The notes under the pieces were generated by a model, which saw only the letters and a list, made by a program, of their open reading frames with translations, did not search any database and was not told the DNA's origin. From the human T2T-CHM13v2.0 reference genome, Homo sapiens: DNA of 64,000 nt. The stretch lies in NCBI RefSeq assembly GCF_009914755.1, contig NC_060935.1; one strand, written 5' to 3'. Below, piece after piece: positions 54,891-64,000 of this stretch (position 1 is the first letter of the stretch; each line of letters starts with the position of its first letter). The translations under genes and the position numbers were made by a program.

Positions 54891-56199
54891 GATATGTATG
54901 TTCTTTTCAATAAGCCAAAAGGAGGAGACAGGTTTAAATACTGAGGATGCAATTTACTCACATTTACCAAGTATACCAGAGTTTTATTTCTCATTTAACC
55001 CACCTCACCTAAAACTAAAACTCCCAGAACATCTGATTCCCTCCCTATTGCCATACCTGCCCTGACCCACAGTGAACCTATCAATAGGTAGGGCTGAGTC
55101 AGTGAGATCATTTTTCAAGAATATGAACAAAAATATTGTACTCAAAAAGATATTATGCCTATGGCGATGGCTTGCTGCTCTGCTAAGTCACTTCATGCTG
55201 GGGCTGAAGTAGACTAGAAAGAAAAAAATTGAGTCAATGTTGTATAGAGGCAACATGCTGTAGGATCAGAAACCATAAGTAAGCAGAGAAAGCTGTCAGG
55301 GGAAGAAGAGAGGGAAGCAGAAAGAAATGTCTGGAAAAGACACTGAGACAGCAGCAGGTATAGCTCTTGAAGGAAGCTTTCTGTTTCCTGTTAGGCCTGG
55401 CATCTTACAATATTACCGCTCTCCTCACCACCATCATGCTTACAACCCTTTAACTGGAGCTCAAAGTTGGTTAGATTGCTTTTAATGAAAAGAAAAATTT
55501 GAACTGGAATAATACTAGTAAAAATACAGAGCTATGAGACAATAAGGAAGAAGTACCTTAGAATCACGGGAGCACAGTGGACACCTGGTATCCACTAATG
55601 AACTGGAAGAGAAAGGAGGAAGGAGGGCAGACTGAGAATGCAAAGTGCCTTTTCTGTTGGGCCAAGGATTTGGATCTTATTCTAAAAGCTTTGAGGAGGC
55701 TTTAAATGCTTTAAAGCAGCTCTTGAAACTAGACTGGCTTATTTATCTCTGTATCAACAGCACCTGGCTGAGTTATACTAAGTTTATGTTTGATAAATAT
55801 GTATTATATCAATGAAAAAAATAAGTGAGGAAAATAAAAATAACCATGGAGTTCAGTTCTACATCACAATTATAGTAAGTGAAACCGTAACTGATAAGAA
55901 AGCCAGTTATAAGGAGCTTCGAGGATCAGGTATTAGAGGACACCTGCTAGTAAGCCAACAACAGAATGTGGAACTCCAGCCATGAGGTGGAACCATGAGG
56001 TGGGGGTGAGTGATGAGTAGTGTGATACAACTTTAAAGAACAAGGAAGTGTTGACAAAGGGTGAGGTAGAAGAGATCAGCATGGATGTCTTTAAGAAAGA
56101 CCTGGTATGATCTGCTAACAATCTTAACATTAATGTTCTATAGTTTATAAGCAACTATTAAGGATTTTCCATATAGGAATTAATTTATTAACCTCCCTA

Positions 56200-56770
56200 C
56201 AACCTATAGTTATTGAGAAACAATTACATTCCAAATATTATTCTTCATGCAGTGAATACCTTGGTGAAAAAGATGGTAAAAAAGTTTATTGTGGAATTTA
56301 CATTATATTGGGAGCAGACTCATGAGAAAATACATTTTTTTATTTATTATTTAAGCATAATAAATAAGAAAATGTATTCAACTTGTTAGAGGTAATGCGT
56401 GCTATGGAAAAGAAATTAAGCTTGATTGTGTGCTAAAATCTTAACAGAGTGGTTGGTGTAGACATCACTGAGAAGGTGATGTTTGAGCAGAGATTTGAAA
56501 GAGATGAGGAAGTGAACCTGGCAAGTACCTACTGGAAGAACACTCCAGAAATGAATTTTCTCCAGTCACCACAAATGGCCTAAGACAAGAGAACATCTAG
56601 CAAGCCAAGGAAATCCAGGGGAGCTGTAAGGACAGAGCAGAAGGGGTGAGATGAAGAGAAGGAGATAAGATCAGAGAAGGAATGCAAGGCAAGATCCTGT
56701 AAGACTTTATAGCCAGACATATATTTTAAGGTGAGTATTCTGTCAGCTATGCAGAAGATAAATGTTAGAG
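56200..56770 (-). mobile_element. L2 fragment
   Basis: catcactgagaaggtgatgtttgagcagagatttgaaagagatgaggaagtgaacc. Confidence 0.7.
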
Positions 56771-56799
56771 GAATAAATTACTTGGTATAATTTTGGTTC

Positions 56800-57790
56800 T
56801 AAGCAATAGAAATTGCAACAAAAAACATATTAGGTCATATTACAGGATATGAAAATTAAAAGCTTAGAACAGATTAGACACCAAAGAAGAAGTATAAAGG
56901 TGTACCAGTAGACCATCCAAAATAAAGCACAGAAAAGAAAATGAAAGTGTGAAAATGTTAGCAGAGCAGCATCGACCTATGTGATCTAACATATGTTTGA
57001 GTCCAGGAAAAATGGAAAAACAGAAAAAAAATGATAAATTAATGGACAAATTTTTTTCTAAATTCAATTAAAATGATAAGTCCAAGACTCAATGGTTTTA
57101 GCATACTCCTAGCATCATAGAGAAAAACCACACCACACTAGTTAACCACGTTGCAATAAAATTGCTGAAAACCAGTGGTAAAGGGAAAATCATAAAAGAA
57201 GCAAAAGAAAAAAGACACGTTGCATACGATGGAACAAAGTTAAGAATTACCATAGGCTTAAAATAAATTAAAAATATACCTCATTACAACTCCATGAACT
57301 AGATAATATATGCATTTTACAAATAAGAAAAATGATGTTTGAGCTACATAGTAAAATCCTGTTGATCTGAACAGTATTATTCAGCAATTCTATGTAACAT
57401 TAGAGATTGTAATTGGAAGCACTCTATCACCTTAACTCCAAAGTTCACAACTACCATAATTTGATGAAGGTAATAAAAAAAATTACTACAGAGTTGATGT
57501 CAGAACCCTTGCATAGCTTGCTTGCCAGAAAATGATGGAGAGATATCTTTAAACTATCAAAAGAGAAAAATAAAGTCAACTTAGAATTCTCTATTATGCA
57601 AAAGTACCTTTTACAGCTGACTATGAGATAAAGACTTTTTTTAAATAAACAAGAGCTGAGAGAATTTATCTCTCCTAGACTGGAACTATAAGGAACAATA
57701 AAAGAAGTTCTTTGGCATAAGGAAAATTATACCCGACAGAAATTTGATCTACACAAAGAAATAAAGATTGCCAGATGTGCTATATGTGTT
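56800..57790 (+). mobile_element. Old L1M ORF1-region fragment
   Basis: aaattgctgaaaaccagtggtaaagggaaaatcataaaagaagc; gtcaacttagaattctctattatgcaaaag. Confidence 0.7.
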
Positions 57791-57792
57791 GG

Positions 57793-58151
57793 TGTATTAG
57801 TCTCTTCTCATGCTGCTAATAAAGATATGCCTGAGACTGGGTAATTTATAAAGCAAAGGGGTTTAATGGAATCACAGCTTCACATGGCTGCGGAGGCCTC
57901 ACAATCATGGCAGAAGTCAAAGGAGAAGCAAAGGCACGTCTTACATGGCAGCAGGTAAAAGGGCATGTGCAGGGGAACTCGCCTTTATAAAACCACCAGA
58001 TCTCATGAGACTTATTCACTATCACGAAACAGCACAGGAAAAACCCACCCCCCATGATTCAATTACATCCCACTGGTTCCGCCCACAACACTTGGGGATT
58101 ATTACAATTCACAGTGAGATTTGGGTGGGGACACAGAGCCAAACCATATCA
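57793..58151 (-). mobile_element. THE1 (THE1C-like) solo LTR
   Basis: tgtattagtc...gagatttgggtggggacacagagccaaaccatatca; flanks gttgg/gtggg. Confidence 0.92.
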
Positions 58152-58199
58152 GTGGGTAAAGAGAAAACACATTTTTCCCCCAAAATATCAATTATTTGT

Positions 58200-58900
58200 T
58201 TATCTAACATTACTTCCACAGCTAACACTCTGCTAGCCCTCTGCACCAAACCACCATCATCTCCCAATTTTTTTATCTCAATTTCTGCACGAGCCTTCTA
58301 ACTGTTCTCCCTGCCCTGACTCCAAGACAGTCTATTCTCAACACAGTAGCCAGGCTTTTAAAATATATTTTGCAGATTACCTCACCCCTTTGCTCAGATT
58401 CCTCCAATGGCTACTCAGCTTGTTTTTAGTAAAATACGAAGTCTTCACAATACCTATAAGGCCTTGTAACATTGACTTTCCCATTATTCCCCTCCTTATC
58501 TCTAAGATCTTGTGTTGGAGTACCAGCCCATTCATTGATTCTATCTAGCAACCCTGGCCTCTTTGCCTAGTCTTTGACACCAGACATTGTTCTACCTCAG
58601 GGTCTTTACCCTTATTCTTCTCTGTACCAAAACACACTCCTCCAGGATATCCACATAGCCACTCCCTAATCTCCCTTGTTTTTTGTACAGTGGCACCTCA
58701 GGAAAGCCTTCCCTATCCATATTTTAAAATCACACATCCCCAACCCCAAGATTTCCTCTCCTTCTTCCATGTTACATTTTTAATATAGCATGTATTATCA
58801 TCTGTCATACTCTATATTTTCTCATTCTGTGTACTGTCTATATCTTTTACCAAAATGGAAGCTGCATAATGATTCAGATGTATTCACTATGAAACTTTTT
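58200..58900 (+). mobile_element. L2 3' region
   Basis: cagtctattctcaacacagtagccag...tcctccaatggct...acctcagggtctttacccttattc. Confidence 0.75.
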
Positions 58901-59449
58901 TTGACTTCTCCCAGTACAGTTGATCCCCCCTTCAGCTTCCCATTCAGACCACAGTGCATGAGAATTCCAACTGATTACGTTCTTGCTAATACTTGGTATT
59001 GTCAGCCTTTTTCTCTGGTCATTTTGGTGGTGGGGGAGGATTAACTCCCCAAAAGATGGAAGGTGTTGTTTCTGGGAAAAGGAATATATGCTATGGAACA
59101 AAAAGCACCAAATACTACACATGATTTCAGGGGAAATACCACTGTTCACAGAACTTACAAAAGTAAAACTATAAAATGAGCTCAATTCCATTCCAAACAT
59201 CTCTAGGTTAAGCATTCAGCTGAAGGGCAAATAGATAAAAAGGTAGAATATTTCAATGAATTTATGACATGCGCTGAATTATTTCTCTTGTTCTTCAGTA
59301 AGCACTGACAGCGGGTCCTTGTCAGGCAGATCGTTGTTGATTTCATACTTTTGACAAGGCTGAGAGATTTTAGAGTCCAATTATTTAAATTGTTGTTGAA
59401 TTCACTAGAGCAAATTTTAACTAGCAACTTGTGTGGAGAACTCTATGTA

Positions 59450-62400
59450 TCTTTTTGATGTTATTGAAGTAAAATTTAAATACAGAAAGTGGCACATATC
59501 ATAAAGCTCAATGAATATTCATAAATTGAATACGCCAATGTAAACCTTGCCCAGATCCAAAAGCAAAACATGGCAAACATTTAAGTCTCCTTTATGTTCT
59601 CTTCTACTCGCTATCCATCCTCGCTGATAACCACTATTCAGACTTCCTCCTGATTAGTTTTGCCTATTTTTCCATTTTCTCTAAATTCAATCAAATTATG
59701 TTTTACTGTTGGTGTCAGGTTTCTTTTGCTCAATGATTGTATTTGTGACATGCGTTCGTGTTGTTGATTGTAGTTGTAGACTGCTTATTCTCATTGTTTT
59801 GTAGTATTCAATAGTTCCTTTCTGTGTTCTACTATTAGAGGGCATTTGAGTATTTACAGTTTTGGGCAATTTTACTGCTACTAACATTCTAGTGCATGTT
59901 TTTTGGTGAACAAATACATACACAATTCTTTAAAATATATATCAAAGAATAGAATTGCCAGCATATGGATCCACCTGTACTTAACTTTGGAAGATACTGT
60001 CAATGTTCTAATTTTATTTCTTATTACAAATAGTGCATTTGATTGGACAAAGTGTTTTACTATATGGTTATTGCAAGGATGTAAGTAAGCTGCTAATATA
60101 TGCAAATTTATCTTTAAACTATACACCATAAGAAACTCTTTTATTAGTTTTTTTTCCCTCGGGGAATTCTGTACTGTCTATTGTCCAATATTTGTTTCAT
60201 ATATTATTTCCAGTTTTCTAGCTGTTTATAGTAGGGGAGCAAAAACAGGCAATCTACTAAAGCTAGAAATCAGTCCCTTTCTTTATTTTGTCTTTATTTT
60301 CTCTCAAAATGTTTTAAAGCTTTCTATGTAGGGTTCTCGTATGGAATGTATTTATTCCTAGATATTTTATGGTTTTTAATGTTGTTGTAAATTGTATCTT
60401 TTAAAATATTTTCTTTTATATTTTGCTGCCATATAAAAATAGATTGATTTTAAAATATTAACCTGATCTCCAGCAACCTTGTTGAATTTGGTTATTAATT
60501 TTAATGATATATCTGAAGATTATTTTTTATTGTCTCAGTGTGCAGTCATGTTGTGTTCAAATAATGACATTTTTATTTCTTCATTTCCAATCCTTTGTTT
60601 CTTGTTTCTTTTCTTGCACTATTATGGTGACTAGAATATCAAGTATAATGTTATATAGAATTGGCATTGAATAGTGAGAATTCTTGTCTCATTACTACTC
60701 TCAGGGGAAAGCATTGGATATTTCATTGTTAAAATGTTTTCACTAAGTGTTTAAATGGGTAGACATTATTTAGAAAATTAAGGAAGTTTCCTTGTATTCC
60801 TTGTTTGTTAAGAGTTTACCATAAAGAGGGCTGATTTTTTTCAATGCTTTTTCCGCATCAATTTTTATTCTTCATTTCTCTTAATGTTTTCTATCAAATG
60901 ATTTACTTTTAAATGCTAAAATACATTTGCAAACCTAAAATAAACCACACTTGTGGTGTGACAGCATCCACTTTATACAATTCAAGTTGCTTATTTTTCA
61001 GGAACTTTTTCATGTATATTCTTGAGAAATATTAATCTGTAATATTTCTGCCTTGTAATGTCAATGAAGACTTTGGAATCAAAGTTGGTGGTTTTTGCTT
61101 TTAAGAAAGAATTAGAAATCATCCCTCTTTTGTCTACCCTTCGGAAAAACCTACACCTGACTGATGTGGTTTATAAGAGTCTGATAGTAAAGCCATATGG
61201 AACTGGCTTTTTACCAGCCCCTTGCCGGAAAGGTTTCAGTAAGAGATTTACCTTCTTTAATAACTGTAGAAGTACTTGGATTTTTAAATTTGTTTAGCTT
61301 TGTAAAACGTAGTTTTTGAGAAATTTATCTATTCAATTCAAATAGTCCATTCATGTCTAAAGTTATCTCTAATATTGCCTTATCTTTTTAAAATCTGTAC
61401 AACAAATACTTCTGTTGCTTTTGCAATATTAACATTGGTTATTTGCAATTTGGGGGGTTGTCAATATGAGATATATTTTTAAAGATCGAATTTTTGCTTT
61501 CTTTAATTTTCTATATTGTGTTTTGTATTTCATCAGTTTGGTTTTACTTTTATGTCTTTTAGTCTAATTTCTTTGGGCAATATTTGCTCTGTCCTATTTC
61601 TAGATTCTCAAGCTAGAAGTCTAAATTAATGATTTTCAGTCTTTCTTCTTTTCTAATATATGTATTGAGGCTACAAAGTTTCCACTAAGTTATGATATGA
61701 AAATATCATATCTTCAATTCCTTTTCCTTAAAAATATTTTTTAAATTTCTACTCTGAATTCTTTTTTTAAAACCAATGGGCTATTTAAAAGTCATTGCTA
61801 ATTTCCAGGCAGTTGGATTTTCCTAGTTATCTTTTTCTTATTGAATTTTAGCTTATTCCCCTGTGGTCACAGAATATACTCTCCGATCTTCTACATTTAC
61901 TTAAGTTCTTTTGTTTGTATTTTTTTAATAGCACAGCCTATGGTATGTTCCATGTATAAATGAAAATAATGTAATTGTGGTTAATAGAAACAGTACTCTG
62001 TTGCCCTAAATATCAATTTGATTGAGTTTATAATTATTCTCTGCAGATCTTCTAAATCCTTATTGATTATCTGCTTGTTGTACCAGCAATAGAGAGAAGT
62101 AGGCCGAAGTCTTCACTAGGTTTTGGATTTATCTATTACTTGTTTTAGTTCTGTTAAACTTTATGTTTTATGTTGTGAAGCTATTAAGGACAAACAAATT
62201 CAGTGGTTATATATCCTATTACATTGGGCCTCTCGATATTATGAAATGACTTTATTCCTAGCAATGTTTAAAGTATACATTGTTGTTGCCATAGCTACCT
62301 CAGCCTTTTCATAATTAGTGTTTCTGTAACATATATTTTCTCCTCTTTTTAGTTTCAACTTTCTGTGTCTCTTGAGAGATTCATAGAAGTGTTTTTGTCT

Positions 62401-64000
62401 TGTTTTTAATTCAATCTGGTTATCCTAGTCCTTTAATTGAAGTGTTTAGTTCATTTATATTAAATATAATTACAGAGATAATTGGGTTATATTTTTCTCT
62501 TTCTTTCATATATATAACTAATAAAGTTTGTGTTTTCTTATTATTTCATTTTTTCTTCCAAGAACATGTTGGTGATATTCTATTAGTGGTTATTTAGAGA
62601 CTAAAATATGCATCCTTGACTCTAAAATTTTATACAAGTTATAACATTGAAAACTTTTAGGACCTTAGAACCCTTTAAACCCATTTACTCCCTCTCACCT
62701 ATTGTATCATCTTTCTTGCATTTTAGTTCTATATATATTTTAGACAACATAATGCATTGCAAATATCATTTTATTTAATCAGTATTCCCTTTTTTACCTA
62801 CTCATGTACTTTTCCTGATGCATTTTTTTCTTGTGGCAGTTTTCTACCACAGTTGAGATAATTTTCCTCACAAATCTAAGAACTTAAGCCTTAAAAGCTC
62901 TCTCTAGTATTTCTTGTAGTGCAGATTTTCTGTCAACCAATTATCTTAGCTTTTGCTTTGCTGAAAATGTCTTTACTCGCCTTTATTTTTGGAAGATATT
63001 TTCATTTGATATAGAATTGTAGGTGACAATGTGGGATTTTTTTTTTTCCCTGGAAGCATCATAAAATTGTCTTTCATTGTCTTTTGACTCCCACGGCTTT
63101 AGTTGACAAATCAGCTGTACATTCCACAATTGCCCCAATGAAGGCATTCTGTCTAATTCCTTTGGCTGCTTTTAAAAATGTCTGTAGTTTCTAGCAGTTT
63201 TACCACAATGTTCCTAGTGTGATTTTCTTTATATTAATTTTCTTCTTCAGTTTCATCAAACTTTTTGCATCTTTAGACTGATACTTTTCAACAACTTTGG
63301 AAAATTTTAGGCCATTCTCTCTTTATTTTACTATTATTTTGTTCTTCTATGTCTCATCTTGCATTTAACCTATCCAGCAAGTTCTTAATTTCAGATATTG
63401 TACTTTTCAGTTCTAGAATATATATTTGATTTTTTCAAAAACAATTCCAATTTTATTTTAATTATTTTTTCATCTTTTTCTTTATACAGTAATCATAGTT
63501 GTTTCAAATTACCTTACTGAGAACTTCAATATCTAGATCATCTGTGAGTCTGTTTCTATTGAATGTTTTTTCACATCTTCATTAGTCATATTTTTCACCT
63601 TTTTGTATATACAGTAATTTTTGACTGTGTATAAAAGAACTAGGCACTGTGTATTAAAAAACTACAGAGGGTCTTCATGGTTTTATATTTCAAAAAGAAC
63701 ATCCTATTTTCTCTGTTGGAGAGATAGGGTGAATGACTAATTTTAATACATGTAGACGTTCTGCTTGTCTAGGGCTGGGCTTCAGTTTTGTTGAGACTTT
63801 GCTTACCTCTCTTTACCTCCATTTCTAAAGTGTGACACTGCTGGACTTTTGACTGAGGTCCTGGCAGATCTTCTCATTTCCAAAAGACCATAGGAGATTT
63901 AACTTTGTGCTTCAAAGACTCTCAGCCCAGATCTCCAGCTTTACTCCTTCAAAATATGGTAAAATTCTTTATAAGGAGACAAGTCGTGTGCTTGAGACAG
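59450..64000 (-). mobile_element. Ancient L1ME-type element, 3'UTR through ORF2 and ORF1 into the 5' region, running off the window
   Basis: 3' end attgaagtaaaatttaaatacagaaag; ORF2-like 60300-62300; ORF1-like ctgaaaatgtctttactcgcctttattttt...gatatagaattgtagg. Confidence 0.8.

Overview
AT-rich, repeat-dense catarrhine primate genomic DNA (probably human or great ape, from AluY, an L1PA3-like copy and LTR12). It is intergenic or deep intronic. I can support no protein-coding gene. Every recognisable ORF in the track is a transposon fragment (L1 ORF2p, Alu, ERV LTR) and the rest look like chance. Four ancient L1 elements that still keep both ends form the skeleton (2.6-9.8 kb +, 33.8-40.1 kb +, 41.7-47.7 kb -, 59.5-64 kb -). 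Alus, MaLR/ERV1 solo LTRs (MLT1, MST, THE1, MER50, MER52, LTR12) and DNA-transposon MITEs (Tigger4, MADE1, MER94, MER45A, MER20, MER1) sit in and between them, along with L2/MIR relics. I found no convincing new multi-gene system. The best leads are small. (1) An internally deleted Alu-monomer Pol III unit resembling the snaR precursors ASR/CAS (22.0-22.1 kb). (2) An L1PA with a 31-nt 3' transduction (32.1 kb). (3) A TSD-flanked, polyadenylated, L2-containing retro-insert inside an old L1 (6.1-6.5 kb). (4) An L2 split by an inversion (52.1-53.5 kb). (5) A self-templated palindromic insertion inside a MER94 (23.65-23.76 kb). (6) An intact-looking LTR12 promoter with six CCAAT boxes. Subfamily names come from remembered consensus sequences, not a search, and boundaries of old repeats are approximate.
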